Shown: in pieces, positions 20,701-31,334 of the stretch
Layout of the letters: each line of letters starts with the position of its first letter
Numbering within the stretch: position 1 is the stretch's first letter
DNA from: Puniceicoccaceae bacterium
Lineage (GTDB): Bacteria > Verrucomicrobiota > Verrucomicrobiia > Opitutales > Oceanipulchritudinaceae
NCBI GenBank assembly: GCA_040830765.1
Contig: JBFOMH010000003.1
Span: forward strand, 114,434 to 178,433
Direction: 5' to 3'
Length of the DNA stretch: 64,000 bases
The notes under the pieces: generated by a model
Told to the model about the DNA's origin: nothing
Databases searched by the model: none
Seen by the model: the letters and a program-made list of their open reading frames with translations, nothing else
Position numbers and translations under genes: made by a program

Positions 20701-21339
20701 CAGTTCGCCGCGCAAGCGGCCAAAGCTGTCCACCGCAAGGCGGATCCGATTCAAGTCCTTAAAGACAGCCTTCTGGGTAGCATTGTTGATAATCCCGGCA
20801 GGACTGCCCAGCCCGAAAAGCACCGCATTGGAACCACGATTGATTTCAACGCGATCGGTATTGTAGCTGTCGAAAGGAACCCTCGTCTGGAAGTAATTCC
20901 GGGAAGTGTCGGCTGCAGCCAGTCCCCGCACCCGGTTACCCTGCCCTCCGTTGCGGACATTGGTGATGTCGTTAGGAACGCCCTGGGAGGCAATGTCACC
21001 GTTGGTGAAATTGCCCCGTGTACCGGAAACTTCCGTACCGGCCGTGTAGGTCAGGAGATCCCCGGCGTCGGTGGCTCCCACGTCTTCCATGAACTCCTTG
21101 GTGACGACGGTCACCGTCGAGGCAACGTCCTCCAGTTTGGTGTTCAGGCGGGATCCGGCAAGGGTGGCAGATGCCAGGTAGCCGATGTCCTCATCGGCTG
21201 ACACTTCGAAAGGACTTAATTCAAAGACTTCATCGTCATCTTCTGAATCCTGTGAGAGAACGGGTGCTGTAGTGAAGCACAAGGCAAGAGCATAGGTAAA
21301 CAATAAGCCTCTACGCTTAATGACATGTAGTTTGTTCAT
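17776..21339 (-). CDS. TonB-dependent receptor (Verrucomicrobia/Opitutae type)
   Basis: Signal peptide, FELSPFEV, GY.AS.TLAGSRLNT plug, DSYNTDRVEINRGSNAVLFG, C-terminal LNIRNLLN...NTFSF. Confidence 0.92.
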   Translation of the reverse strand: MNKLHVIKRRGLLFTYALALCFTTAPVLSQDSEDDDEVFELSPFEVSADEDIGYLASATLAGSRLNTKLEDVASTVTVVTKEFMEDVGATDAGDLLTYTAGTEVSGTRGNFTNGDIASQGVPNDITNVRNGGQGNRVRGLAAADTSRNYFQTRVPFDSYNTDRVEINRGSNAVLFGLGSPAGIINNATQKAVFKDLNRIRLAVDSFGRLRGELNFNREVVEDVLAVRLAAVKDNRKFEQDDAFRDMDRIYLAGTFQKDLIGKNDGFWGRTIIDASYEDGKQRSNNPRTTPPQDLITPWFHPYTQNVLGSVNMTPKPAWDAQLARLYGSSDLGYHQPSGPVNSGNVTAENPALQIGVSNNWHNALALMFPDPTSSTPGHPAGGGIVAAPGRLGVWPTGTWDNQTQTGTAEYPFNGVVPTLGDALDEWTGVDGVADSVGGTVLWRSPVVTDRSIFDYRKEMIEGPFMKREGYDFDVKNLSLQQLFFNGKAGVEFAYADENWENWWSGPIGTRSSLTIDINKILVDGTPNPNFGRPMVFSGAVSDVYNHVERETEQLTGFIDIDLRDRDDLFKWLGRHVVTGLTSKFEENAYRANYANGWSPDFINDNLGIGLEPDRWGQATVVGVHYLGDSLADLSSPAGANIQGIQANQVPANHLLEGSSLARVHRIYGGDDNPIPDGWRDLAAPAILNVPFDGAVSRSIYDAQAVVLQSYLLKDHIVGTFSWRKDQVDVRQLGSAPQLPDDSAAIVDRETFNVDGITDDDALISEKETTTYGVVGKLPDFLLDWTGGFITAVHGFYNESENFQPSAQRFNAVWEPLDPPSGETKDYGVRVRMFNDKLTLKATRYETTQLNVSGTVNNWTIWFASQTLLGNIYRSAAADIKNGRTDPSKKGYKGNLGYVEGTQHIRKDIDFDGVEDLVLPQPPQYWMDWYNIQYDPSRNNGYTFTNPGGSTHTQDVEAKGLELEMVYNPTPNWRIAFNATKQEAVQTGAGEAFIDWLDNAPFFDSDLDGTPDLSLRDGIFGPYAQVPRNAAGTSFLPFIFNNWIDPWNSRVVVTNGQPSPEVAEWTWNLITNYNFTEGRLKGFNIGGSIQYRDAAAIGYGLKDGSETESDFNKVIYGEDYTRVQLWLGYRKKNLRLFDTTVDWSIRLNIRNLLNDRDLIPIQANPDGQVTGVRIGEPRVFEIVNTFSF

Positions 21340-21401
21340 GGTTTGTTTGGGTTTGAGTGAAATTTGGTTCAGTGTCTAGGCTGACCGTAGAAATGACCCG
21401 T

Positions 21402-21465
21402 ATACTAATCCATTATTGCCCGATCCGGAATGTCGATAATCGGCTATGTTATGTCAAAAATTGAC
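21402..21465 (-). promoter_or_regulatory. Putative AraC-activated promoter of the TBDR operon
   Basis: 21-bp-spaced tandem half sites (21428-21465) and -10 TAGTAT; same layout as 33402-33465. Confidence 0.6.
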
Positions 21466-21698
21466 CTGTTCATTTTTATCACAAATCAAATTGTTTAAGT
21501 GCCGCATTATGAATAGCATCTGGCCATGAAGGCTTTACAGGTGCAGTGCTTCCGAGTAACAATGACGCCTTTGCATCAGGATGTTGTGCCTTTATAGTGT
21601 GGTGGGAAAGCTCCATGTGGGCGCAATGATTGTCATTCTATCAAGTGGGATTTAATTGCCGGGACAATCAAATCCCAACCCATTGAAGGGGAATTCTT

Positions 21699-23300
21699 CT
21701 AATATACCGTTCCCGGTGCTCCGTGCCCAGTTGCATGCTTGTCAAACCGTGGAAGAATCTTCTCTAGCAATTCCCGCTCCTTAATGTGGGCATCCGGTAA
21801 TGATTCCCAGTCCGTGATCTTTGGATAGCTGTCCAGGTCAGCCGGTTCATTCGAAACATCCCACCAGTCGCCGTTGAGATCCCTGAGCACATGGTGTCCA
21901 CGAATCATCTGCCTTTCAAAAAGGAATGAATAAATCCAATCGCGGTGAGTAGTCTGATTCGCCGTAAGATACGGGATAAGGCTTTTGCCATTGATTTCGT
22001 AATCATCCGGCAAGTCGACTCCTGCTGCGTCAGCAATCGTCGGCAGGATGTCGGCAACGTCCACCAGGATATCCTGCATACCGTGCTTGATCATTCCGGG
22101 GACATAAATGTAAAAGGGAACCCGCGGTCCCCGCTGGCGCCCTTTCTGCATTTTTCCATATCCCAGGGTACCGTTGTCGGCAGTGAATATGAAAATCGTG
22201 TTCTCACGGATTCCCAATTCATCCAGCTTTTGCATATACTGCCAGACTTGATAGTCCAAATAATTGATGTGATGGTGAATGCCCGGACCAGTAACGGTGT
22301 CATGCGTATCGTAATCACCTTCGTCGCCTGTGATCAGCGATTCGGTACGGCTATATTCATTCCCATCCCATTCGATTTTGGGCGTGCCGGGATACCAGAG
22401 GCTTGCCGGATCCTGAGCCAGCCAGTTGCGTGCTGCGTGGCCAAGATGGGGTGTATGGTAAATAAAAAACGGTTTTCCTTCATCGCGCGCATGCTCCATA
22501 AAAGCAAAGATGAATTCCATTTCCAAGTCAGGGCCATAAGTGTTTATTCCAAATTTCTTCCTGTCCCGGCGCGTTACCGGCCACCATTTGGATTCAGCTG
22601 ACCCAATTGGCCAATTCCACGTCCCAACACTTGGTTGCCAGAAAAAGCTTTGTTCCGGCCAGACGGAATTTATTGAAAGTCCGGTGTCATCACTAAAGTA
22701 CTCGTCCTTCGGGAGACCGGGTTTCCTGATCAACTTGAAGTCTGTATTCGGATTGCCGGCCCCTAATCCCAAATCGTTTCCGGGAGTGGTCATGACGGCA
22801 TCAAATCCAAACTCACTTAATCGGGAATTCTTCATCTGGGTCTTGCCCGCCCAGAAAGTGGCGTACCCTCCCAGCTTCGCAATATGGCCTATCATCAAAG
22901 GGGAGCTTTTATAGAGCGGCCATACTTCTAGCTTACCCTTTTCATTAATGTATTTTCCCAGATCATTGTTTTGCCACCACTTATGAAGATGGCCATATCG
23001 GCCTGTCATCAGGGTCGCCCGGCTCGGCGAACAAACGGCATTTGCCCATGCCGTACGTATAACAGCGCCTTCCCTCGCAATTGCATCAAGCACCGGAGTC
23101 CGGGCCCGGTATGCGGGATTGCTATTTTCCTTGTTGAAATGACTCTTCGGAGCACTCCATTCGGTTCCCCCATAGGCAGGAAACTCGCGTGCGCTGATGT
23201 CATCTGCGAAAATGACGATAATGTTGGGCTTTTTCTCGCTAGCTGCAAAAATCCATTGGGTAAGAACAAATAGAATGAATGCAGTTATGGTGATTTTCAT
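21699..23300 (-). CDS. Exported Cys-type sulfatase (divergent subfamily)
   Basis: PNIIVIFADDIS, CSPSR, GKTQM in place of GKWH, IFTADNG. Confidence 0.85.
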   Translation of the reverse strand: MKITITAFILFVLTQWIFAASEKKPNIIVIFADDISAREFPAYGGTEWSAPKSHFNKENSNPAYRARTPVLDAIAREGAVIRTAWANAVCSPSRATLMTGRYGHLHKWWQNNDLGKYINEKGKLEVWPLYKSSPLMIGHIAKLGGYATFWAGKTQMKNSRLSEFGFDAVMTTPGNDLGLGAGNPNTDFKLIRKPGLPKDEYFSDDTGLSINSVWPEQSFFWQPSVGTWNWPIGSAESKWWPVTRRDRKKFGINTYGPDLEMEFIFAFMEHARDEGKPFFIYHTPHLGHAARNWLAQDPASLWYPGTPKIEWDGNEYSRTESLITGDEGDYDTHDTVTGPGIHHHINYLDYQVWQYMQKLDELGIRENTIFIFTADNGTLGYGKMQKGRQRGPRVPFYIYVPGMIKHGMQDILVDVADILPTIADAAGVDLPDDYEINGKSLIPYLTANQTTHRDWIYSFLFERQMIRGHHVLRDLNGDWWDVSNEPADLDSYPKITDWESLPDAHIKERELLEKILPRFDKHATGHGAPGTVY

Positions 23301-23322
23301 GGCAACTGGCTTTTATTGATAT

Positions 23323-24921
23323 TCAACTTCCGTTGCTTTCGATCAGTTGTCTCTCTGTCGAATAGTAATAATGTGGATTATTGACATTTCTCTGCTCGGG
23401 AATTCCGGCAGGCACCCGGTAGCAGCTTTTTAATTCTTCGAGGGCAGATTTCATCCGGTCGACGACCTTATTGTATTCGGGATTAAAAAATTGATTTTTC
23501 AGCTCATGTGGATCGGTCTCCATATCAATGAGCTCCCACTCACCCAGGTCATAGAAGTGAATGAGCTTGTAACGGCCATCGTAAACGCCCTCATGCCGCT
23601 GAACCATATGCCAGCCAGGATATTCGTAGTAGTGATAATAGTGGTACTTTCGCCAGGCATCCGGTTGTTGTCCCTTGAGTAACGGCAGCAGACTCATGCC
23701 CTGCATTTCGGGATCCGCTTTCGCATCGGCAATATCCAGAAAAGTCTGGGCAAAATCCAGATTGGAAACGATCTCTTTATTGACGCTCCCCGGCTCCACT
23801 ACCCCTGGCCACTTCACAAGCAACGGAGTACGGTAAGATTCATCATACATGAAGCGTTTATCGAACCATCCATGTTCACCGAGGTAAAATCCCTGATCGG
23901 AAGCGTAAACAAGGACGGTGTTTTCATCCAGTCCATTGGCCTTGAGGTACTGCTGAAGCCGGCCGATATTGTCATCAAGCGACCGGATACAAGCGAGATA
24001 GTCTCGCATATAGCTCTGATACTTCCACTTTAACAGCGCCACGCCCTTCAAACCGGGATTATTGTATTCCTTCAGGCGTTTATCCAAATTGCTATCCCAT
24101 GCCTTGCGTTGATTATTGTCCAATCGGGAGTAAACCCGTTGGTAAAAAGTGCTATCCTGTCTGCGGACATTGACCTTCAGGTCCTTATCCTTTTCGAATG
24201 TGATATCCAGCGACATATCCTGATCATGGGCAGCCGTGGTTCTTCCACGGTAGTCGTCAAAGAGTGTCTCCGGCTCGGGGAATTCAACCCCCTCGAACAA
24301 ATCCAGGTAGTGTACCGGCGGCGACCACTCCCGGTGAGGAGCCTTGTGCTGCACCATCAACATGAAGGGGCGATTCGAGTCACGATTATTATCCAGCCAG
24401 TCAATTGCCTTGTCGGTTATTACGTCGGTCACGTAACCATTTTCCGTTGACTTACCGTCAGCTGTTCTGAATTCCGGTTTATAATAGAGCCCCTGTCCGG
24501 GAAGCACTTCCCAGTGGTCAAATCCTGTGGGCTCTGATGCCAAATGCCATTTTCCGATCAAGGCGGTCTGGTAGCCGGCTTTCTGGAGAAGCTTCGGGAA
24601 AGTCACCTGACTACCGTTGAATTTGGTGGCTTCATTTACATAGAAGCCGTTCAGGTGACTGTACTTGCCAGTGAGAATCGTTGCACGACTTGGCCCACAA
24701 ATGGAGTTGGTAACCATGCAGCGGTCAAAACGCATGCCCTGTTCAGCTATCCTGTCAAGATTTGGAGTAGGTGCGAATTTTCCGATTTCAAATCCATACG
24801 CGCTGATCGCCTGGGTTGCATGGTCATCGCTAAATATAAAGACAATGTTTGGCTGATTGCCCGCACTGACTGAAAGAGCAAACGCTATTAGCGATAAAAT
24901 TAGAATTATTCTTCTCATCAA
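23323..24921 (-). CDS. Exported sulfatase, S1_11-like (GlcNAc-6-sulfatase type)
   Basis: [49 protein letters not shown]. Confidence 0.9.
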   Translation of the reverse strand: MMRRIILILSLIAFALSVSAGNQPNIVFIFSDDHATQAISAYGFEIGKFAPTPNLDRIAEQGMRFDRCMVTNSICGPSRATILTGKYSHLNGFYVNEATKFNGSQVTFPKLLQKAGYQTALIGKWHLASEPTGFDHWEVLPGQGLYYKPEFRTADGKSTENGYVTDVITDKAIDWLDNNRDSNRPFMLMVQHKAPHREWSPPVHYLDLFEGVEFPEPETLFDDYRGRTTAAHDQDMSLDITFEKDKDLKVNVRRQDSTFYQRVYSRLDNNQRKAWDSNLDKRLKEYNNPGLKGVALLKWKYQSYMRDYLACIRSLDDNIGRLQQYLKANGLDENTVLVYASDQGFYLGEHGWFDKRFMYDESYRTPLLVKWPGVVEPGSVNKEIVSNLDFAQTFLDIADAKADPEMQGMSLLPLLKGQQPDAWRKYHYYHYYEYPGWHMVQRHEGVYDGRYKLIHFYDLGEWELIDMETDPHELKNQFFNPEYNKVVDRMKSALEELKSCYRVPAGIPEQRNVNNPHYYYSTERQLIESNGS

Positions 24922-24934
24922 ATCCAGGAGGCTA

Positions 24935-27900
24935 TCAATCTTTTGAAATCAGCCCGGCCTTGGATCCCATAACCGGCTTGATGCCCATCTTCAGCGCAGG
25001 TGAATCATCTTCAAATAAAATATCGTCGCCATCGATGATGATTCCTGCATCTGCAATCTGGTTTTCTCCCGTCAATTTCATTGGCACCGGATCTTCCCGC
25101 TTGTGCATAATGAGTTTCTGATCCATGACCACCGGTGCCTGAAACAGGTTACTATTCAGCTCCACTACCCCCGGATGCGTAAATGTAACGGACTCGTCTG
25201 AAATGAACACGTTTCGTTCGTAAGTATGAAGTTCACAGCGGGGCAACGTTATATTCATCGCACCGCGACTGATGAAAATGTTGTTCCTAAGCAGGTTGTT
25301 TTTCGCCATGTGGTTATGCTGTGCAGCGTTAACATTAATGGAGATGTTGTTCTCCACCAGCACACCATCGCTTAGCTCATCAAGATAGTAAGCATGATTT
25401 TGACCGGAAGGACCAGGCGGGATGTCGCGCACCAGATTATTGCGCATGATCAAGTCGCCACAGAAGGTGGCATAGATACCGGATCCATCTTCCAATTCCT
25501 GCATGACACGGTGGATCTTGTTGAACTCGATAATGTGGTGGCTGCCGCCAATCCCGATGCCAACGTAGGGTCCATCGTGAATCTCGTTGTGGCGCAGGGT
25601 GGCATGGGTCTCGTCCTTTCCGAATTCCCATTCATCCTTCATGTTCGGATCCGTAACGCCCACATAAAGGACGATGGAACTGGGATATGTTTTACCAACG
25701 TCATGCAGATAATTGTTTTCGATCAGGGCATGCGAGCCGATCAGTCGAATCGCACCTGCACCCACGCTGTGTATATGCGAATCCTTTACCGTAAGGTAAT
25801 CCCCGAACAACTTCATTCCCCAGCCGGTCACGCCGCTGATTTTCAGATTCTCGAATTTGCAATGGCTTGCATTGCTGGCGGAAACCGCTCCATCAAACAT
25901 TTTCGCACCAAAGTCTCCCACAATAAGCGGTGTGCTAGCTGCTTGGATAGTTAAGCCCTTAAGTACCACATTCTCCGTGTTTTCCATGCGGATGACATTC
26001 TCAGTAATCGGGGCAATGACCTCCAGCGAAGCCATGTCCTCACCCGGCAGTGGCCAGTAAACCACCCTTTCACGAATCCGGTCCAGGTACCATTGCCCGG
26101 GCCGGGTCATGCCTTTTTCAATATTCCAGACAACATAATCCTTAACACCAAAGGCCCCCAAGGGGTGCCCCACCCGATTTGAGAAGACGACCGTGTTTTC
26201 CTCAGGAATGATCTCCTTAACACCCACCAGTGTCTCATCCCATTTATGAAAGATGGTCAGCTCCGCATTCTCCAGGTTGAGCCATTCACCAAGATCCCTG
26301 TCCTTGTAGACCATCCTGGTCAATTCCTCCATCGATGGTCTACGCTCCCATCCTCCCTCTGCTGTGCTCATCCATCGCACATTCCAGCTGTTGGTGTTTT
26401 GCAGGCGACCGGTTTCCGGGTAGCGTGCACGATCAGCAACTCTGCCATTAACGAGCAGGGTGCGGAAATTCCAGCTGCCATCTCTTGTCCCGGGTGCCGG
26501 CGCGGTCCAGAAATCCCCGTCACCCTTTTCCCAGCCTGTCAGTCTGCGACCACCAGTCAGCACAGGTTCTTCACCCTCCTTTGCCTTGATGACCAAACCA
26601 TTATCCCGCTCATCCAGGTAAAGTGTCTGATCAAGATCGTAACTGCCATCACCCAACAGGATTGTTTTTCCACTGTTAATGTCGTAATTCCTAGATGCCT
26701 CGATTGCCTCAGTAATGGATGCAAACTCTTTTGACTGCTTATCAGCGCGTAGTTCGACCGGATTAGTTTTTTCCTCTGAAGGCTTCATTTTCACTATATC
26801 AACAAAATATGCACCGGAAACTTTGCCATCTGAGCGCTGGCCATCGAACCAGCACTCAACAAATTGCATGCCAGGTACATTTATTTTCACGAGCACCTCA
26901 ACTGCCTGGGTGTCGTTGGCGATCTCTAAATCGATCTGCTGGTCGCCTACGCGCACATGAGCAAAACCTGGCTTGACTACAGTCAGCGATTCAGGAGTAG
27001 ATGCAGTTCCTTTTCTCAGGGTAAATTTGTAACTTCCCGTGGACAGGAAATCCACTTTCCATGAACCGAGAAGTGGTGTCTTTTCGGGAAAATCTGATAG
27101 CTCATCCTTGAGCAGGCTTTTCAAGCCATATTGCTGATAAAATTGTGCTTCAAACCACTTCTGGGCATCGGGATACACGCGCGAATCATAATAATGAAGC
27201 GAACACATCGTAACTGTATTTCCCGATCCATCTCCAACTGGGTACGGATTGTAAACCCGAAGATCTTCGAGCTTTCCACTCATTGACTGCCACCATTTGT
27301 CGTAAGCCAATTTCAACTCTGCGGCTTTTTCCGGATTCTCCAAAATAATGTTAATTTTCTCCCCCGGATCCTTGGTCAAATCATACAGTTCATCGCCGTT
27401 GGCCAGCCGGTAATCCTGGGAACGTATGGAAGTGTTCTCATACTTCCGCAATGGCGCATCCGGTGGCCAGAATCCCTGGTAGGTAACGTGGTAGCGTTCC
27501 TGTGATTCGGACTTTGCTCCGAACAGAAAAGGTTTCAGGCTAATACCATCGAGCTCTGCCAAGTCATCATCTTGTGCTAATGGAATTTCGCATATATCGG
27601 CCAAGGTTGGCAGAAGATCATAATGCATCGCCAGCTGGTCAATCTCGTGACCGGCCTTCAGGGTACCCGGCCAATTGAAGAAGGCAGCTGCCCGGCTACC
27701 CCCTTCATAAATGGAAGCCTTGTTGCCCCGCAGACCTGCGTTGAATAAACCGGTTTTTTCACCGGCCATTGTGGATCCATTATCCGTGAGAAAAATCAGA
27801 AGCGTGTTCTCCGCAATGCCCAGTTGATCAAGGTGCTTTCTCAAACGGCCAAGATTATCATCCAGGTTGGCAATCATTCCGTAAAACGAGGCGGCGTTAT

Positions 27901-28558
27901 CCGCCAATCCCCTGTCCAGAAAAGGCTTCTTGTGTTCATCCGGTGCCACAAAAGGACTGTGGGCGGCATTTGTTGATAAATAGCAGAAAAAGGGTTTGTC
28001 CTCCTGCTTCTCAATCCACTGCATTGCTTCATTGAACAAAATGTCTGTGCAGTATCCTTTGTATTGTCGCCATGTTTCTCCATTGTTGAGCCAGGTATCG
28101 AAGCTGGAATTTCCCCAATAATCCTGCACCTGCGCTAACGCTCCTGCACCTATCAGCAACTGTTCGTCAAAGCCTTTGTCAATCGGGCGAAATGGATAAT
28201 ATTCCCCAAGGTGCCACTTGCCGAAAATTGCAGTCGAGTAGCCACCCCGTTTGAACATTGCAGGCAATGTCTGCTCGTTCGGCTCGATCCTGCGGCCAAT
28301 CACTTTGTTCCTTCCGGTCATCAGGGAGCTGCGTGTTGGCTGACACAGAGGACTCACCAGAAACTGCGTGAAGCGGGTGCTTTCACGGTGCAGGCGGTCG
28401 ATTTCGAGGGTTTCAACAATCGGATTACCGTGACAGGACATATCGCCGTACCCCTGATCATCGGTCAGGAGGATGATGACGTTGGGCGAGCTATTGCTGC
28501 CCGATAGTAGCGGCATACCAACTACAAGGAATAGTAGATTTAGAATTAACGCTCTCAT
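24935..28558 (-). CDS. Fusion protein: N-terminal sulfatase + C-terminal GH141-like right-handed beta-helix
   Basis: TDDQG/CQPTR/GKWHLG in the N-half; [33 protein letters not shown] and DGSGIY..YYLDE in the C-half. Confidence 0.82.
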   Translation of the reverse strand: MRALILNLLFLVVGMPLLSGSNSSPNVIILLTDDQGYGDMSCHGNPIVETLEIDRLHRESTRFTQFLVSPLCQPTRSSLMTGRNKVIGRRIEPNEQTLPAMFKRGGYSTAIFGKWHLGEYYPFRPIDKGFDEQLLIGAGALAQVQDYWGNSSFDTWLNNGETWRQYKGYCTDILFNEAMQWIEKQEDKPFFCYLSTNAAHSPFVAPDEHKKPFLDRGLADNAASFYGMIANLDDNLGRLRKHLDQLGIAENTLLIFLTDNGSTMAGEKTGLFNAGLRGNKASIYEGGSRAAAFFNWPGTLKAGHEIDQLAMHYDLLPTLADICEIPLAQDDDLAELDGISLKPFLFGAKSESQERYHVTYQGFWPPDAPLRKYENTSIRSQDYRLANGDELYDLTKDPGEKINIILENPEKAAELKLAYDKWWQSMSGKLEDLRVYNPYPVGDGSGNTVTMCSLHYYDSRVYPDAQKWFEAQFYQQYGLKSLLKDELSDFPEKTPLLGSWKVDFLSTGSYKFTLRKGTASTPESLTVVKPGFAHVRVGDQQIDLEIANDTQAVEVLVKINVPGMQFVECWFDGQRSDGKVSGAYFVDIVKMKPSEEKTNPVELRADKQSKEFASITEAIEASRNYDINSGKTILLGDGSYDLDQTLYLDERDNGLVIKAKEGEEPVLTGGRRLTGWEKGDGDFWTAPAPGTRDGSWNFRTLLVNGRVADRARYPETGRLQNTNSWNVRWMSTAEGGWERRPSMEELTRMVYKDRDLGEWLNLENAELTIFHKWDETLVGVKEIIPEENTVVFSNRVGHPLGAFGVKDYVVWNIEKGMTRPGQWYLDRIRERVVYWPLPGEDMASLEVIAPITENVIRMENTENVVLKGLTIQAASTPLIVGDFGAKMFDGAVSASNASHCKFENLKISGVTGWGMKLFGDYLTVKDSHIHSVGAGAIRLIGSHALIENNYLHDVGKTYPSSIVLYVGVTDPNMKDEWEFGKDETHATLRHNEIHDGPYVGIGIGGSHHIIEFNKIHRVMQELEDGSGIYATFCGDLIMRNNLVRDIPPGPSGQNHAYYLDELSDGVLVENNISINVNAAQHNHMAKNNLLRNNIFISRGAMNITLPRCELHTYERNVFISDESVTFTHPGVVELNSNLFQAPVVMDQKLIMHKREDPVPMKLTGENQIADAGIIIDGDDILFEDDSPALKMGIKPVMGSKAGLISKD

Positions 28559-28599
28559 TATCTAGATTTTCAGTGGTAACTTTAAGGTATCAGATAATC

Positions 28600-28950
28600 C
28601 TAGTCAAAATGCATTACCTCCTCCATGTCACTCCACCACTCTTCCGGAAGGCTGTCATGCATCGGTTGTTGGCAAGGTACACAAAGGGCCTCCCATTTAG
28701 CTTTGATTTCACTGTTTGCATCACGGTCAATATCAGCCTCCAGGTCATGCCCGTGATATTCATAATATTGGATCAAGAGATCACCCCTCACAAAAAGCGA
28801 GTAGTTCCGGATATTCGCTTTTCGAATATTCTCCCGTACCTCGGGCCAGATGTTGCGGTGGAGCTCGAGGTACTCTTCCCGTTTCTCAGGCTTAATGCCA
28901 ATGACTTTGCAGAACCGCTTGATCTTCTTTGCTTCGCTGACAGCACTCAT
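28600..28950 (-). CDS. rhaM: L-rhamnose/L-fucose mutarotase (RhaM family)
   Basis: EYLELHRNIWPEV, IRNYSLF, WW..MEEVMH. Confidence 0.85.
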   Translation of the reverse strand: MSAVSEAKKIKRFCKVIGIKPEKREEYLELHRNIWPEVRENIRKANIRNYSLFVRGDLLIQYYEYHGHDLEADIDRDANSEIKAKWEALCVPCQQPMHDSLPEEWWSDMEEVMHFD

Positions 28951-30260
28951 AGTTCCCCTTCCTTACTTTTGCTGTGGTTGATATTGAACGGTGCCATCCA
29001 GGTGATGATGAATGACGGGACGGTCGCCACACAGACGATGATGAAATAGGCCTTGTAGCCAACCGCTTCCTGAATGGCCCCGCAAACCATGCCGCTCACC
29101 ATCATGGTCAGGGCCATGAAGCCAGTGGAGATCGCGTAATGGGCGGTTTTGTAATTACCGGGGGCGATCTGCTGCATCATATAGAGCATCAGGGAAACGG
29201 AGCCGACACCATAGCCGAACATTTCGACGGTAATCACCGTAGTGATCCATGGAACATTGGTTGGCAGGGCATAACTTAAGTAGACAAATGCCAGATTCGG
29301 TACATTGAGCATGACACAGAGGAACATCAGCGACTTCTTGAGCCCGAACCGGGCGCAAATGGCGCCTCCAAGGAGGGCACCCAACATGAAGGCCACGGAG
29401 CCGAAAGTACCGATGATATTGCCCACCGCGATGTTATCGAGACCAAGCCCGCCCACTGCCCGCTCGTCTATCAGGAACAGCGGGCCGATCTTTTCCAACA
29501 GGCCCTCAGCAAGCCGGTAAAGGACAACGAAAAGCAGCATCAGCCAGATGTCCTTCTTTTTAAAATAGGAAGCAAAGACATCTGAGAACTCGTGGAGTAC
29601 ATGCTGGATACCAGTTTTGTTGTCATCCAGCACTACTGCCCTGCCACCTGTAGGCAGCATCAGGCGGTGCCATCCTGCCAGGAGGAACATGGTAAGGCCA
29701 AGCAACCCCATTACGACCATCCACGACTGCACCCAGTCGAGCCCCAGGCCGTTTTCTTCAGAGTGCAGATAGCCGGTGAACGAAACCAGCAAGCCCGTGG
29801 CGAGAATCTTGCCCGCATACCAGCAAATGCCCTGCGCACCGATGTACTGTGCCTGCTGGTGCGGTGTCATGGCGTTGATGTAAACCCCGTCCGCAGCAAT
29901 GTCCTGGGTCGCTGAAAGAAAGGCGATTATCCAGAACAACCCGACTGTCAGCGGCAGCCAGCCATCAAGGGGAAGGGACAGGGCCATTCCTCCAAGGCCC
30001 ACGGCAATGGCGATTTCCGTGAACAGAACAAAGAATTTTTTAGTCCGGAACAGGTCCACGAAAGGCGACCAGAGGGGCTTGACCACCCAGGCGATGTACA
30101 TGGAACCGGTGTAAAGGGCGATCTCGGTATTCGACAGCCCCAGGTTCTTGTACATGATCGCCGCAACGACAGCCACCACATTCAGCGGAACCCCCATCGC
30201 GAAGTAAAGCGTGGGCATCCACAGGAGCGGGTGGCGGGATTTCTTGTTGTTCGACATCAC
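28947..30260 (-). CDS. AmpG-like MFS permease
   Basis: P.LW.PTLYFAMG.P, W.VKPLWSP.VD, SATQDIAADG; 12-TM pattern. Confidence 0.85.
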   Translation of the reverse strand: MMSNNKKSRHPLLWMPTLYFAMGVPLNVVAVVAAIMYKNLGLSNTEIALYTGSMYIAWVVKPLWSPFVDLFRTKKFFVLFTEIAIAVGLGGMALSLPLDGWLPLTVGLFWIIAFLSATQDIAADGVYINAMTPHQQAQYIGAQGICWYAGKILATGLLVSFTGYLHSEENGLGLDWVQSWMVVMGLLGLTMFLLAGWHRLMLPTGGRAVVLDDNKTGIQHVLHEFSDVFASYFKKKDIWLMLLFVVLYRLAEGLLEKIGPLFLIDERAVGGLGLDNIAVGNIIGTFGSVAFMLGALLGGAICARFGLKKSLMFLCVMLNVPNLAFVYLSYALPTNVPWITTVITVEMFGYGVGSVSLMLYMMQQIAPGNYKTAHYAISTGFMALTMMVSGMVCGAIQEAVGYKAYFIIVCVATVPSFIITWMAPFNINHSKSKEGEL

Positions 30261-30276
30261 TGGGGGCAGGGGCCGA

Positions 30277-31326
30277 TCATTTCACGCTTTCCAGAATTCC
30301 GTCCAGACTGATCTCGGCATAACAGATCACTTCGTCGGCTGCCCCATAGTAGATTTTTACAACATCATCCTCAAAAAGGACTCCGCAGTTGAAGATTACA
30401 TTGCCGAAGAATCCATTAAGTTCATAATCGGTCTCCGGTTCCATCAGCGGGACTTCCGAGCGTGCCAGCACCCAGGACGGATCATCCTTGTCATGAATGG
30501 AGATCCCCAGGCAATAACGGTTGTCCTTGCTGCTTCCATGATAGACCTCGATCCAGCCCGCATCGGTCAGGAATGGCACGGCGCTGCAGCCGATTCGACC
30601 GTTGTCCCAGTAATCCGGGCGCGTCTGAATGATGCTACGGTGTTTTCCCCAGTGAATAAGGTCACTGGATTCAGCAATCCAGATGTCCCTGAACTCGTAC
30701 TCGGCGGATGCCGGCCTGTGCAGAGCATAATACTTTCCGTTTATCTTCCCGGGGAAGATAGCGATGTCCTTGTTGTCCGGAGTGAAGATGATACCGTGCC
30801 TTTCAAAGGTCTTAAAATCTTTCGTGGAAGCAAGGCAGGTCGTGACTCCGGTAACCGGTGAGATGGCACTGTAATTAATGTAGTATGTCCCCGCGATCTC
30901 GGTGATCCGCGGATCCTCGATTCCATACATTTCCACCATGTTGTCGGCCGTCATGCAGGGGCTGTCAGCTATATCGAAGTTGATCCCATCCTTGCTACGG
31001 GCGATCCGGAAGTGGGAAATCGAGGAAAGGTAACGCCGGTTTGTCGTCAAAACATAGCGACTGTCCGTCTCCGTATCCACATCGGGATCGTTCTTATTAA
31101 AGTCCTTGATGATGATCTCGCCGAACTCCTCGTCATACAACGGGACACGGGCAACGTTTTCATCATCGGACTTGGCGATCTCGGCCACCCGCATGAGCAA
31201 AAGGACGTCTCCTTCGAAGCGAATGACCCCACAGTTGAATACACAAACCACCTCAAAGTCCTCACGCGACGGCTTAACGCCGGCAGGTGTTATGATTGGA
31301 TTCCTTTCGTAGCGTTTTACTTTCAT
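30277..31326 (-). CDS. GH130 glycoside phosphorylase, beta-1,2-mannobiose phosphorylase-like, cytoplasmic
   Basis: RYERNPIITP, FNCG, LLMRVAE, YLSSISHFRIARSKDG, GIEDPR, NKD..IFP, ALHRP, YHG, YYGAAD; recalled similarity to Listeria Lin0857. Confidence 0.88.
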   Translation of the reverse strand: MKVKRYERNPIITPAGVKPSREDFEVVCVFNCGVIRFEGDVLLLMRVAEIAKSDDENVARVPLYDEEFGEIIIKDFNKNDPDVDTETDSRYVLTTNRRYLSSISHFRIARSKDGINFDIADSPCMTADNMVEMYGIEDPRITEIAGTYYINYSAISPVTGVTTCLASTKDFKTFERHGIIFTPDNKDIAIFPGKINGKYYALHRPASAEYEFRDIWIAESSDLIHWGKHRSIIQTRPDYWDNGRIGCSAVPFLTDAGWIEVYHGSSKDNRYCLGISIHDKDDPSWVLARSEVPLMEPETDYELNGFFGNVIFNCGVLFEDDVVKIYYGAADEVICYAEISLDGILESVK

Positions 31327-31334
31327 TATAAATA

